A DNA stretch of 64,000 nucleotides from an uncultured delta proteobacterium (GTDB lineage Bacteria > Myxococcota > Myxococcia > Myxococcales > Myxococcaceae), in contig CAVSWU010000003.1 of assembly GCA_963731795.1 (NCBI GenBank), positions 1,222,216 through 1,286,215 on the forward strand, written 5' to 3'. Below the pieces are notes generated by a model, which did no database searches, was not told where the DNA came from, and was given only the letters and a program-made list of their open reading frames with translations. Position numbers and translations under genes: made by a program. Shown here in pieces: positions 11,599 through 22,067 of this stretch (positions are counted from its first letter, which is position 1; each line of letters starts with the position of its first letter).

Positions 11599-12032
11599 GG
11601 TATCCTCCGGAAACTACTGAGTTTTTCCTGCAAATCCCTGATGTATGCCCAACGTAACCACCCACCTGGGGGTGTCAATCGCTGCGGGGCTTTATCCGTA
11701 AAACCGGGCCCTTCCTGCGGCGCTCGGCGGCTCGGAATCAGGCAGGGGCTCGGAGGGCTCTGCCGGGCGCCCAGAGGACGACCGGCCGCGTCACACGTTC
11801 GCCACCGAGCAGTCAAAAGTGCGTAACGCGCTCTACACTGCCGTCACCGTTGGGTAGCGATCACTCCGCCTGGCAGAGGGGTATGCAGAGCCAACTATTT
11901 GAAATCACCTGGAATCTCTTCGGGCACTCCGAGCTGACGCCTCGCGTCAGGGGTTGGCGAGGAATGTGCAGTCATGGGCTGCCGGCGCTGCATCGCGCAA
12001 ACGACAGTTCCTCCCAAGGAGTCTGCCCCCCC

Positions 12033-13124
12033 ATGCTGGTACAGCCCCTGCGTTCTCCGGATCTCCGCCAGGTTCCCGCGACGACCGTCGCTCCGGAACC
12101 GAAGGTCGCCGTGCTGTTGAACGCCAACGCCCGCAAGGTGGATGCGCGGGTCGTGAAGTCCCTCTCGCATGTCGTCCCAGAGGAGGATCTCTTCCTCTCC
12201 CGCTCGCCGCTGGATGCGCGGCGCATCGCCCAGACGGTGCTCGAGCGGGGCTATCCGCTGGTCTTCACGGGCGGCGGTGACGGCACCTTCATGGGCTTCG
12301 TCAACGAGTTCCTCCGCCAGACCGAGCCCCGAGGCCGGTTCGCGGGCCACGCGCTGCCCCGCTTCGGCGTGCTGAAGCTGGGCACGGGCAACGGCCTGGC
12401 CAACTTCGTCAACGCCTCGAACCCCAGCGGCGACGGCCTGCTCCAGGACGTGGTGCGCGCCCTCTCCGGCGACGTGGCCGGCCTGCGCCGCATGAACATG
12501 GTGATGGTGGATGGGCAGCGCACGCCGTTCGCGGGCCTCGGCGTGGATGGCAAGCTGCTCAACGACTACATCTGGGTGAAGGAGAACCTGGGCAAGGGCT
12601 TCTTCAAGAAGGTGCTGACGGGCAGCGGCGGGTACTTCTCCGCGGTGGCCTTCAAGACGGTGCCGCACTACCTGACGCACTCCACGTGGGTGGAGTGCGA
12701 GGTCATCAACGGCGCCAGCGAGGCGTACCGGCTGGGCGCGGATGGCAGCCCGGTGGGCGCGCCGATCGCTCCGGGCGAGGCGCTCTTCCGCGGCAAGCTG
12801 ATGATGGCGGGCGCGGCGACGATGCCCTTCTACGGCTACGGCCTGCGCATGTTCCCCTTCGCCCACCAGCGCCGCGGGATGATGCACGTGCGGCTGGGCC
12901 AGGTGGCGGCCGCGCGCGTGCTCGCCAACCTGCCCAAGCTGTGGAACGGCCGCTGGTTCCCCGAGGGCATCCACGACTTCCACGCGAAGGACGTGACGAT
13001 CCGCTTCGCCCAACCCATGCCCCTGCAGATCGGCGGCGACGCGGCGGGCTACCGCGACGAGGTGAGGCTCTCCGTCGCTCCCGAGACCGTGGACCTGCTG
13101 GACTTCAACGGCGCGGTGAACTGA
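12033..13124 (+). CDS. diacylglycerol kinase catalytic-domain (DAGK_cat / YegS-like) lipid kinase
   Basis: GGDGT motif (FTGGGDGTF). The ORF is open from 11850; the ATG at 12033 (MLVQPL) is the best-placed start, but the start is uncertain. Confidence 0.55.
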   Translation: MLVQPLRSPDLRQVPATTVAPEPKVAVLLNANARKVDARVVKSLSHVVPEEDLFLSRSPLDARRIAQTVLERGYPLVFTGGGDGTFMGFVNEFLRQTEPRGRFAGHALPRFGVLKLGTGNGLANFVNASNPSGDGLLQDVVRALSGDVAGLRRMNMVMVDGQRTPFAGLGVDGKLLNDYIWVKENLGKGFFKKVLTGSGGYFSAVAFKTVPHYLTHSTWVECEVINGASEAYRLGADGSPVGAPIAPGEALFRGKLMMAGAATMPFYGYGLRMFPFAHQRRGMMHVRLGQVAAARVLANLPKLWNGRWFPEGIHDFHAKDVTIRFAQPMPLQIGGDAAGYRDEVRLSVAPETVDLLDFNGAVN

Positions 13125-13126
13125 GC

Positions 13127-13906
13127 CTAGCCGCGATCCCGCGAGGCCGGCGGCTTCTCTCCCGGCTCCTTGCGGCGGCCCACGAAGAAGGCGTAGCTCA
13201 CGCCCGCCTTGCCATTCTGTTCGCGGTGGAGGGCAATCTCCTGGCGCATCAGCTCGGCGTCCGCGGCTGGCGCCCCCTCCAGCCGCGACTCGACGTCACG
13301 GTAGAGGGCGTCCAGCTCCAGGTCCGTGAGCGTCTCCACGGACTCGGGCTCGTAGCCATGCGTCTCCAGCTCCCCGAGCAGCTCGCGGGGGAGCAGGGGC
13401 TGCATGCCGAGCCGCTTCTCCCAGAACTCCAGCGCTGACTTCGGTGTGTAGCGCCCGACGCGGGCCGGGAAGGTCAGGCCGATGCGCCCTCGCGCGGCCA
13501 GCACCCGGCGGAGCGTCGTGAGGCCCGCGCCCAGGGGAAAGAACACCCGGCCCTGGGCCAGGACGGCGTCGAACTCGCCCTCGGGGAACCCGAGCTTCTC
13601 CAGGTCCACTCGCCGTGTCTCCACGCGATCTCCGAGAGACAGCGCCCTCACCCGCTCGCGGACCAGGGTGAGCAGCGAGTCCTCGGTATCCACCGCCACG
13701 ACCGAGCAGCCGAGATCCCGCGCGAGCAGCACCGGGGCGCTGATCGGGCCGCAGCCGAGCACCAGGATGCGCGAGCCGGGCTCGAGCTGCGCTACCCGCG
13801 CGAAGCGGCGCGTGGCCTCCTCGGAGCCGAAGGCCCGGCGAGCGTCACCAGGGTAGTAGAGCGGGAAGGACCCGGCCGGACTCATGCAGCCTCGTCTTAT
13901 ACCCAC
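13127..13906 (-). CDS. class I SAM-dependent methyltransferase
   Basis: Motif I ILVLGCGPISAPVLLA followed by an acidic VVAVD. A start at 13885 is also possible. Confidence 0.65.
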   Translation of the reverse strand: MGIRRGCMSPAGSFPLYYPGDARRAFGSEEATRRFARVAQLEPGSRILVLGCGPISAPVLLARDLGCSVVAVDTEDSLLTLVRERVRALSLGDRVETRRVDLEKLGFPEGEFDAVLAQGRVFFPLGAGLTTLRRVLAARGRIGLTFPARVGRYTPKSALEFWEKRLGMQPLLPRELLGELETHGYEPESVETLTDLELDALYRDVESRLEGAPAADAELMRQEIALHREQNGKAGVSYAFFVGRRKEPGEKPPASRDRG

Positions 13907-13972
13907 CGTGGAGGGACTTCCAGTTGGAGGGCGAAACTCTTTCGTCCCGAGGGGGCTTGGGCGGCCAGGCCC

Positions 13973-14278
13973 TCACAGGTAGTAGATGACCCGCTTCTCC
14001 TGGTGAAGCTGGGCGTAGATGGAGCGGCGGTGCTCCTCGGACAGCAGGTACACCGAGACGCTCACGGAGACGTACTTACCCTTGCTGCTGGGCTGCTCGC
14101 GGATGGAGTCCGGGGAGATCTCCGTCCCCATCAGCCGCCGGAAGAGCTGGCGCACATACTCGGCGAAGCCGTGCTCCTGCACCCCCATCACCTTGAAGGT
14201 GTAGATGGCCGGGTACTCGATGAGCGGCTTCTTCTCCTCCGCGCTACCGGGGGGGGCTGAGGGAACTTCCTTCGTCAT
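13973..14278 (-). CDS. DUF493 (YbeD-like) small protein
   Basis: YPAIYTFKVMGVQEHGFAEYVRQLF...SSKGKYVSVSVSV matches the YbeD/UPF0250 pattern. Confidence 0.6.
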   Translation of the reverse strand: MTKEVPSAPPGSAEEKKPLIEYPAIYTFKVMGVQEHGFAEYVRQLFRRLMGTEISPDSIREQPSSKGKYVSVSVSVYLLSEEHRRSIYAQLHQEKRVIYYL

Positions 14279-14307
14279 GACACGTCTCGTCGTCTGGCGC
14301 GCAGCAC

Positions 14308-15630
14308 TCAGAGGAGGTTGGCCGCGAGCTCGGCCAGGGCGCTGCGCTCGCCCTTGGCCATGGTGATGTGGCCCGCGATCTTCTCGTTCTTGAAGCGGTT
14401 GACCACGTGCACGAGGCCGTTGTTGGTCGCGTCCACGTAGGGGTTGTCGATCTGGAAGGGATCGCCGGTGAGGACGATCTTCGTGTTGTCCCCCACGCGG
14501 GTGATGATGGTCTTCACCTCGTGGGGCGTGAGGTTCTGCGCCTCGTCCACGATGATGAACTGGTTGGGGATGCTGCGGCCGCGGATGTAGGTCAGCGGCT
14601 CGATCTCGATCAGCCCCAGGTCGACCAGCTCGTGGTAGCCGCGGCCCGCCTTCTTGTCGGCGCGGCTGAGGTTCATCAGGAACTCCACGTTGTCGAAGAT
14701 GGGCTGCATCCAGGGGTTGAGCTTCTCCTCCACGCTGCCCGGCAGGTAGCCGATGTCGCGGCCGAGCGGGAAGATGGGCCGGCTCACCAGGAGCTTCTGG
14801 TACAGGCTCTCCTCCGTCATCTTCTGGAGCCCCGCGGCGATGGCCAGCAGCGTCTTGCCCGTGCCCGCCTTGCCCACGATGGTGACCAGCTTGATGTCGT
14901 CGTTGAGCAGCAGGTCCAGCGCGAAGGTCTGCTCCATGTTGCGCGGCCGCACGCCCCAGATGCCCTCCTTGATCGTCCGCAGCAGGGGGACGATCCGGCC
15001 CTTGGCGGCGTTGTAGCGCCCCATGGCCGTGTGGCGAGGGGTTGGTCTCGTCCTTGAGCAGCACGCACTGGTTGGGGAAGAGCTTGTCCGGCTCGGGCAG
15101 CTCCACCTCCACGCCGGGCTTGTACATCTGGTCCACCGACTCGCGCGGGACGAGCAGCTCGGTGAAGCCGGTGTACAGCTCGGTGATCTCGACGCGCTCG
15201 GTGTCGTAGTCCTCGGCGATGAGGCCCAGCGCGTCCGCGCGGATGCGCAGGTTGGTGTCCTTGGTGATGAAGACGGCCTCGGTGTCCGGCTCCTTCTTCA
15301 TCAGATCGATGGCCACCCGCGAGGATGCGGTTGTCCATCAGGTTGCCGTCCGCCAGCGGCGGGGGCAGCTCGTGCTCGGCGAAGCGCCACCCGGAGGAAG
15401 CCGCCGTGTGGCAGGGGGACGCCCTCCCGGAGCGAGCCCTCGGCGCGGAACGAGTCCAGGTAGCGGGCGACCAGGCGTGCGTTGCGGCCCAGCTCGGAGA
15501 GATCCCGCTTGAACTGGTCGATCTCCTCGATCACGTAGATCGGGATGATGACGTTGTTGTCCTTGAAGCCGTAGATGCTGCGCGGATCGTGGAGGAGGAC
15601 GTTGGTGTCGAGGATGAAGTTCTTCGGCAT
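14308..15630 (-). CDS. PhoH-like ATPase with N-terminal PIN domain (YlaK-like); two frameshifts (~15040 and ~15330)
   Basis: PIN N-terminus (ILDTNVLLHDP, 15630 frame). The middle part (NRILA|VAIDLMKKE...LFPNQCVLLKDE) is in a second frame. The PhoH core (GKAGTGKT...VDEAQN) is back in the first frame. The second junction (~15040) was traced to an indel in a short GG/CC run; the first (~15330) was not traced. Confidence 0.7.
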
Positions 15631-15933
15631 CGTGGTGGTTGCGACCTCGAAGAGGGGTGCGACCGCGTGGACGCTGCTGGGATGGAGGACCTGCCAGGAG
15701 CGAATATAGACACCCCCCTGCGGGGAAACAGCCGCTTTGCTACCGGGCTACACCTCTTGCGAGGCGCAAGCCCCTACCCGCCCGGTTGCGGAACCCAGCC
15801 CCGATGGTTCCAAACGCCTCTGGGGCCGAGGGTGTCCACTGGTAAACCGCTGATCGGCGGGCTCAAGTCCCTGCCTCCCTCAGGGGTAGGCGCCCATGGC
15901 TGCCGGGGATCGCCAGGCCGCTCGCCTCCCGGC

Positions 15934-16875
15934 TCAGGCTGGCGCCAGCGGATCATAGGAGAGCACCTCCGCCACGGGATCGGGCGGCGAACCGGGGGGC
16001 ATGCGCTCCCACGGAAAACGGTCCTGGAGCGCCTCGAAGTCGAGCGTGAGCGGAACCTGGGAGTGCTCCTTCGCCGCGCTGCGCCACGCCTTGTCCTCGA
16101 AGTGGCGCTCGAAGCGCCGCGTGAAGGACGCGAGCATGGGAGAGGGAGCGAAGCGCACCGGATCGCCACCGGGGCCGCGAACGCACTCCAGCTCCACGGC
16201 CCAGGACAGCAGCCACCGAGGCCACTGCCGCCCTGCCCTCCGCAGAGCCGCGAAGCGCCCCTGGGCGGCGCCGTCCACGAAGTGGAAGTGGCGGGTGTAG
16301 ACCCACGCGGCGGCGAAGGTGGAGGGGACGAGCGCCATGCCCTCGGCGCCCACGCGGCGGGCCATGAGCAGCATCCATTCGAGGAACTCGGCCGAGAGCG
16401 CCAGCCCCGGGTGGAGCTGGCCGGGCATCGGCGGGCGGTTCCAGTCAAAGGAGCGGCCTGGGTGCTGGAGGACGAGCGAGTCGATGAAGAGCAGCGGGAC
16501 CGCCTCCAGCGGAGGAGGCATCCCCACCTCGGCGCCCGCCGTCTTGCGCAGGGCGATGTCCCCCACCGGCGCGTGATAGCGCTGGCTCCAGAGGATGATG
16601 CGGGGCCGGAACGCGTCCTCGAAGCTCAGACGGACCTCGAGCGGCCCCACTCCCCGCTCCTGCAGGCGCCGGATCAGCCCGTACTCGCGCAGGACGTTCT
16701 CCAGCCCCTGGCGGCTGTAGATGCCGAAGGCGAGCGCCTCGCGTCCCCGCCGTGACTCCAGCCCCAGGTCCTCGAGGCTCAGCGCCTCATCCTGTTCGGC
16801 CGCGGACAGCTCCGCCGTGCTCAGGCGCTGGTAGATGCGACGGAAGCGCGAGGCAGGCTGCTGCGTCCGTGCCAC
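15934..16875 (-). CDS. conserved hypothetical protein
   Basis: 313-aa ORF with a GC-rich codon pattern consistent with coding. No motif I can name. Confidence 0.45.
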   Translation of the reverse strand: MARTQQPASRFRRIYQRLSTAELSAAEQDEALSLEDLGLESRRGREALAFGIYSRQGLENVLREYGLIRRLQERGVGPLEVRLSFEDAFRPRIILWSQRYHAPVGDIALRKTAGAEVGMPPPLEAVPLLFIDSLVLQHPGRSFDWNRPPMPGQLHPGLALSAEFLEWMLLMARRVGAEGMALVPSTFAAAWVYTRHFHFVDGAAQGRFAALRRAGRQWPRWLLSWAVELECVRGPGGDPVRFAPSPMLASFTRRFERHFEDKAWRSAAKEHSQVPLTLDFEALQDRFPWERMPPGSPPDPVAEVLSYDPLAPA

Positions 16876-16887
16876 CTGAGGCCCCTC

Positions 16888-17451
16888 CTACACGTACTTG
16901 ATGGAGACGAGGGTGAGCTCGATCTCGCCGCGAGGCCGCATGACCTCGACCGAGTCCCCGACCGCCTTGCGCAGCAGGGCCTTGCCGATGGGGGACTCCA
17001 CGCTGATGCGCCCGCCCTGAGTGTCGATCTCGTCCGAGCCGACGATCTGGTAGGTGGTCTTCGCACCCTCCTCGTCCTCGAGGGTGACGGTGGCGCCGAA
17101 GTAGACGCGGCGCTGGTCGGTCTGCTCGGCCGGGTTGACGATGGTGGCGGTGTCCAGACGCTTCTGGAGGAAGCGGATGCGGCGGTCGATCTCGCGCAGG
17201 CGCTTCTTGCCGTAGATGTACTCGGCGTTCTCCGAGCGATCTCCCTGGGCGGCGGCGGCGGAGACCTCGGCGGTGACCTTGGGGCGCTCCTCGTTGAGGA
17301 GGCGGAGCAGCTCGCGGTGCATCCGCTCGGCGCCGGCGCGGGTGAGATAGCGGCGGTGGGCGCCTGCTGCCTCCTCGGCCTCCTCGTCCTGTTCCTCATG
17401 CTGTGGGGGTACGTCCTGACGCATGCCTCCTGTATAGCGCCCCCCGCCCAC
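16888..17451 (-). CDS. greA: GreA/GreB-family transcription elongation factor
   Basis: SENAEY coiled-coil N-terminus and a C-terminal FKBP-like domain (VTLEDEEGAKTTYQIVGSDEID...ISVESPIGKALLRK). Confidence 0.8.
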   Translation of the reverse strand: MGGGRYTGGMRQDVPPQHEEQDEEAEEAAGAHRRYLTRAGAERMHRELLRLLNEERPKVTAEVSAAAAQGDRSENAEYIYGKKRLREIDRRIRFLQKRLDTATIVNPAEQTDQRRVYFGATVTLEDEEGAKTTYQIVGSDEIDTQGGRISVESPIGKALLRKAVGDSVEVMRPRGEIELTLVSIKYV

Positions 17452-17604
17452 GCTGTGGGGTGGGAGACCGGGGAGACGTTCACCGGCGGGCGTGCCGGGG
17501 CTGTCAGGAACTCCGGAAAGTGCGCGCCAGTGGAAGTCGACAGGGACTGCTGGTAGAGAGCGCAGCAGTCGTTGGCCGTGACCCGGTGCAAAAAAGAATA
17601 GTGC

Positions 17605-17677
<73 letters not shown>

Positions 17678-17682
17678 TAGCC

Positions 17683-17755
17683 GTCCCCGTCGTCTAGAGG
17701 CCCAGGACGCTGGCCTTTCAAGCCGGTAACACGGGTTCGAATCCCGTCGGGGACA
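17683..17755 (+). tRNA. tRNA-Glu (anticodon TTC); its 3' 42 bp is the attachment site of the downstream island
   Basis: Acceptor GTCCCCG/CGGGGAC, anticodon loop CTTTCAA, T-arm ACGGGTTCGAATCCCGT. Confidence 0.85.
17714..17755 (+). repeat. attL: 42-bp direct repeat (3' end of tRNA-Glu)
   Basis: CCTTTCAAGCCGGTAACACGGGTTCGAATCCCGTCGGGGACA, identical to 35168-35209. Confidence 0.85.
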
Positions 17756-18079
17756 TAGAAGTTCTCAGGAGTTTCGAGAACTTAGGTGCGCACAGCCGTG
17801 CAGAGATGTGCGGCTGTGCGCACCGCGACGGCGCCAAGTTGGCGCCAAAAACCGGCGCTCTCTCCTCCCCCGTTACCGCGCGCCCCACCGCACGCTGCGG
17901 CCACACCCGACGCTTCGTAGATGGTTCCCAGCGCGCCGGTCAGCGCTCCGCAACAGGGCCCTCACCCATCCATATGCTCGTGAGTAGCCCAGGCTTAGAC
18001 CCGGCAGTGTCAGGCCAGAGGTATGCTTGGACCCTCAAATCGCCGAATAGGCGAGCATGGGCCTGGAGGGGCTTGCACT

Positions 18080-19363
18080 ATGGGCTTTCGCTTTAGCCGC
18101 AGGGTGAAACTGCTCCCCGGCATCCGCGTCAACATGGGGCTGCGAGGAGCATCCCTCAGCGTGGGAGGCCGCGGAGCAACCCTCAACCTTTCAAAACGCG
18201 GTGTACGTACGACCCTTGGAGTCCCCGGAACAGGGCTGTCGTGGACCAGCAGTTCCGCAAGCCGCAGTCACCAAACGCCTGCAGTTAGATCCGGAACGGC
18301 CAGGAGCACAGCGGCTGCGGAGCGGGCCCTTCGAGAGGCGGAGGCGCGAGCCTCCGTCGAAGCGGCAGAGTCGGAACGCGAGGCGCAAGTCAACGCATGG
18401 CGAGCCATGCCCGTCGTTCCTCCGGAGGCGGGCTACCTGCGCGCTACCCATGCAGAGCCATGGCCGCACGCTACTCCGACACGACCCGAGGAGGCACCTG
18501 CCCGTGCGGCCTTTCAAGTCGAATGCGAGCAGCGTGCGAAAATAAAGGAGACGGTATCCGTCCCGCGAGTCGTGATAGGGGTCCTGGCGCTTGCCGGCTC
18601 GCTCTCGCTCGGCATCAGCATGGGAAGTCTTTGCACAGGCATTACAGGATTCGTCATCGCGCTCGCGCTCCTAGTGCCTGAACTCAGCAAACTAGGCCGC
18701 CGACGTCCCTTGGCACAGACGTACTTCACCCAAGAGTGGCCCTTGCACTGGATGGAACTCCAGGCCAACTGGGCTGCATACGAGGCATGGCCCGAGCAAG
18801 AACGGGAGCGGGCGGCATTCGCCGCCAGACTGCTCCAAGGCGACCTCGCTGCCTTGACTGAGTCGCTGGAAGACTCCCTCGCCGACCTCGACTTCCCATT
18901 CGAGGCGTCATGCAGAATTGCGGTTCCCGAGCCACACGAAACCTTCGTGCTGCTCGACCTGCCTGAAATCGAGGACGCCATTTCGGAGGAGAAACTGCGC
19001 GCCCTGAAGTCGGGCGAGGTGAAGGAAGTACGCCGCACGCAAAAGGAGCGCCAAGCGGAGTACGCACGTCTAGCGACAGGCTTGGCGTTGTGGGTGGCAC
19101 GAACTGCCTTCGCTGCAGGGCCAACCCTCCAGCGCGTGCACGTAGCTGCCTATACGCAGCGTCGACGCACAGGTACGGGGGAACTCGTCGATGACTACGT
19201 GTATGAGGCGTGTTTTGAACGCGAGGTAGCCTCGCAATGGCGTCCGGACGAAGTTGACCCGATCGAGGTACTGCGCAGCGTGCCCAGCAGGATCGATCTA
19301 CGTGCAGATGGTCAGCTCAAAGCCATCCGAGCGCCAGAATGGGAGCACGTCGCGAGCGCGTAA
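18080..19363 (+). CDS. DUF4236 domain-containing membrane protein
   Basis: N-terminal MGFRFSRRVKLLPGIRVNMGLRGASLSVGGRGATLNLSKRG...LGVPGTGLSW matches DUF4236, followed by a hydrophobic segment. The ORF track starts at 18023. Confidence 0.55.
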   Translation: MGFRFSRRVKLLPGIRVNMGLRGASLSVGGRGATLNLSKRGVRTTLGVPGTGLSWTSSSASRSHQTPAVRSGTARSTAAAERALREAEARASVEAAESEREAQVNAWRAMPVVPPEAGYLRATHAEPWPHATPTRPEEAPARAAFQVECEQRAKIKETVSVPRVVIGVLALAGSLSLGISMGSLCTGITGFVIALALLVPELSKLGRRRPLAQTYFTQEWPLHWMELQANWAAYEAWPEQERERAAFAARLLQGDLAALTESLEDSLADLDFPFEASCRIAVPEPHETFVLLDLPEIEDAISEEKLRALKSGEVKEVRRTQKERQAEYARLATGLALWVARTAFAAGPTLQRVHVAAYTQRRRTGTGELVDDYVYEACFEREVASQWRPDEVDPIEVLRSVPSRIDLRADGQLKAIRAPEWEHVASA

Positions 19364-19450
19364 GACCGGCAGTCGGCTCGGCCTTGAACGCGCCGCCTCA
19401 CTTGTGCCCAATGGAGCGCGCCAGGACAGGGGCCCAGCAACCCCTGCCCT

Positions 19451-19966
19451 TCACTGCCCCGGGAGAAGAAAGGCGGCCAGGCGCACCAGTGCCTTGATCC
19501 TCGGACTGTCGAGGCGAGCGAGGAGGCGCAGCAGGCGCCGTTTCTCGGGCGTGTCGTTCAGGCCGGGCGGCACCGTGCCTGCCCCGGATGCCTCCTGCCA
19601 CGGAGCCACCGGAGAGAACCCCATCAGCTCATGGGGCCCGGATCCGAGAATCAGGCATAGGCGCAGCAGCGTGGAAACGCTCGGGAGCGCTCCCCCCCGC
19701 TCCATGCGCCCGTACACCTCGACGACGCTGCCGATACCTTCGGCAACTTCTGCCTGAGTCATGCCCGCGCGCTGGCGTGCCTGTTTCAACGCCGCTCCAA
19801 GGGTGGCCGGTAGCCTGTTCTGTCGGATCTCGACGTGCCGGGGCAGAGACGACCGCTTGCGGCGCGTCGTGGAGGGCCTGGAGCGTCCAGCGGCGGGAGT
19901 GTTCGCGGGGGTCTTCTCCATGTGGAACCTGCGGCTTTGCCCTGTCGGACGAGTTGAGGCCCCCAA
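19451..19966 (-). CDS. XRE-family helix-turn-helix transcriptional regulator
   Basis: LKQARQRAGMTQAEVAEGIGSVVEVYGRMERGGALPSVSTLLRLCLILG is a canonical HTH_XRE. The start may be the internal ATG at 19921. Confidence 0.6.
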   Translation of the reverse strand: MGASTRPTGQSRRFHMEKTPANTPAAGRSRPSTTRRKRSSLPRHVEIRQNRLPATLGAALKQARQRAGMTQAEVAEGIGSVVEVYGRMERGGALPSVSTLLRLCLILGSGPHELMGFSPVAPWQEASGAGTVPPGLNDTPEKRRLLRLLARLDSPRIKALVRLAAFLLPGQ

Positions 19967-20004
19967 GGGAGCCGGCGGCAGACGGTCACGGTCAGAGAGG
20001 GGGG

Positions 20005-21243
20005 CTAGTCGGTCCCGCCCGGCTCGGTGATGATGTCCTCTTCCGGCAGCATGGCAGGGGGCAACCCCTCCTCGTTGGTCGGCCCGAGAACGCGCCGACT
20101 CATGCTGGCCCCTGCCAGCGCGCTAAAGACCTCCTCGATCGCCTCCGCAGCTCCGTAGGGGGCGCCCAGCGAGGCGAGGCCCTCCCGTAGATCCGCCTCC
20201 AGGGCAGCCGCGGACGGATAGCGATCCTCCGGCTTCCGTTGGAGCAACTTGCGGATGATTGAGCGGAGCGGATGCGCGAGAGGTTCGGTGATCTCGTCCA
20301 CGTCGCGCGGGGTGAACGTGGCCGCCCGCAGGATGCAGTCGTCCGCGTGATCCGGTAGGTCCGCCTCCATGGCCGTGATGGCGGCGTCTAGAACCTTCCC
20401 CTTGACCTTCTCCGTTAGCGCCTCCTCCAAGTCGTCGGGCCGCACGTCGTCCATGCTGTAGAGGTGGTGCCACGTGGCCATTTCCAGCAGCACCAGCCCC
20501 AGCGAGAACAGATCCGAGCGCGGATCCGTCTCCTCGCCTAGCAGCGCTTCGGGCGAGCAATAGAACAAGTCCCCCTGAGGGCGCGGGAGCGTCGTTGCCA
20601 CCCGGCCCGGGAGCAGGGAGCGTGCGCGAGCAAAGTCCGTTAGGATGACCTCGCCCTCTGGCCTCAGGTAGATGCGGGCGGGGTTCACGTCCCGGTGAAC
20701 GATGCCCAGCGGGGCGCCGCTGTCGTCCTTGCAGGTGTGCGCGTAGTGCAGGGCACTGGCAACCTCTGCGCCTACGTACAGGCAGAGCGCGGGGGACATG
20801 GACGCTTGGCGCATGAGCGAGTAGCTGATCAGAGTATTGATCGACGTGCCCTCCACATTCTCGGACACGACATACAGAACGCCCTGGACCTCACAGCGCC
20901 CGATGATCCGGGCGATCCTCGGGTGTTGCAGGTAGGTGGCCAAGCGCGCCTCTTCACTGAGCCGCGCGCGCATCCTGACGAGTGCTTCCGGGTCGTTCGA
21001 CGTAGGCGGCAAGCTGCGGACGATGACTTGCCGCAGGCGCTTCTCTTTCGTGCGCTCCCAGGCAAGGACAGCCCTCTCCCCTACCCTCGATTCCGGCAAC
21101 TCCTCGACCATCCGATGCGACAGATCCACCTCATACGAGAGATCACCGAGAGAGAAGAGAATTACCCCCGGGACGTTGAAGGGTTGCCGAGACGTAGCCA
21201 TGTCGGATCGACTCCTCGCAGCGCGCACAGGGGCGCCGCGCAA
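20005..21243 (-). CDS. protein kinase-like protein with canonical C-lobe but unrecognisable N-lobe motifs
   Basis: HRDVNPARIYL, DFA, SPE and DLFSLG motifs are present. No Gly-rich loop or VAIK lysine could be found. Confidence 0.6.
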   Translation of the reverse strand: MRGAPVRAARSRSDMATSRQPFNVPGVILFSLGDLSYEVDLSHRMVEELPESRVGERAVLAWERTKEKRLRQVIVRSLPPTSNDPEALVRMRARLSEEARLATYLQHPRIARIIGRCEVQGVLYVVSENVEGTSINTLISYSLMRQASMSPALCLYVGAEVASALHYAHTCKDDSGAPLGIVHRDVNPARIYLRPEGEVILTDFARARSLLPGRVATTLPRPQGDLFYCSPEALLGEETDPRSDLFSLGLVLLEMATWHHLYSMDDVRPDDLEEALTEKVKGKVLDAAITAMEADLPDHADDCILRAATFTPRDVDEITEPLAHPLRSIIRKLLQRKPEDRYPSAAALEADLREGLASLGAPYGAAEAIEEVFSALAGASMSRRVLGPTNEEGLPPAMLPEEDIITEPGGTD

Positions 21244-21468
21244 TGGAGCGAAACACTACCCGGCATGTGCTAGCGGGATGAACGACGCCGGGGGTTGGGA
21301 GCGGCGCGACACTGCACTACAGCGTCAGCGGAACGCCCTAGCGGGCCAGCATGAGCGCAGCACGCCACACCGGCAGCAGCGCGGGATCCTCCGGGGGCTC
21401 CAGACTGATCGGGATCTTGATCATCTGAGGCACTCTTCACGTTTTCGGGAGTCTGCCTGAGAGAAGCC

Positions 21469-21903
21469 TTACCCGGCTAGGTTGCCCTCTATTAACTTCT
21501 TGAACTCATCAAACCCTATCGCTTTGCAGCTGACAGCGTATGCTTTCATCCTCTTGCCGCACCTTGTGTCTTCGGTCACCAGATAGTCTGCGGCGGCTTG
21601 AGCAGCGTCGGCGATAAGAGCGTCATTGAACTGCTTTGAGTTGCCACGATGAGCGACGTAGAGGCGCCCGGAACCAACCCGGTCTCCTACGCGACCGCCA
21701 GCCAACGCAACGCTCTCTCCAATGTGAGTCACTGGCAGCGACTTGGCCAAGTCTTCGTGCGGCGATTTCACGATCTCCGACCAAAGGGTCCGGGTGACGA
21801 GCACTGAGAGTGATGAGCGTGCGACGAGTTGACGGATGCGAACCGTAAGCGCTACGTCCGCCGCCAGTCTGTCGTAGATGTTACAGTCGAAGATGACTTT
21901 CAT
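21469..21903 (-). CDS. PIN-like domain protein (low-GC, probably horizontally acquired)
   Basis: MKVIFDCNIY N-terminus, E43, and a C-terminal LVTEDT pattern follow the PIN acidic-residue layout. This ~435-bp stretch is visibly lower in GC (~52%) than its neighbours. Confidence 0.45.
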   Translation of the reverse strand: MKVIFDCNIYDRLAADVALTVRIRQLVARSSLSVLVTRTLWSEIVKSPHEDLAKSLPVTHIGESVALAGGRVGDRVGSGRLYVAHRGNSKQFNDALIADAAQAAADYLVTEDTRCGKRMKAYAVSCKAIGFDEFKKLIEGNLAG

Positions 21904-22067
21904 CGTGCGAGTTACTCGAAAGGTACGAAGGGCTCAGAGCATGGGCAAAATTGAGAACTCATTGGAAGCAGCGGGATGGAACAAACCGGCCCCATACCGG
22001 TAGCCCCAGGGCTGGGCATCGCTGCGGATATCCAGCGGACGCGCTCCACGGGCACAGCAGGCCCGGC

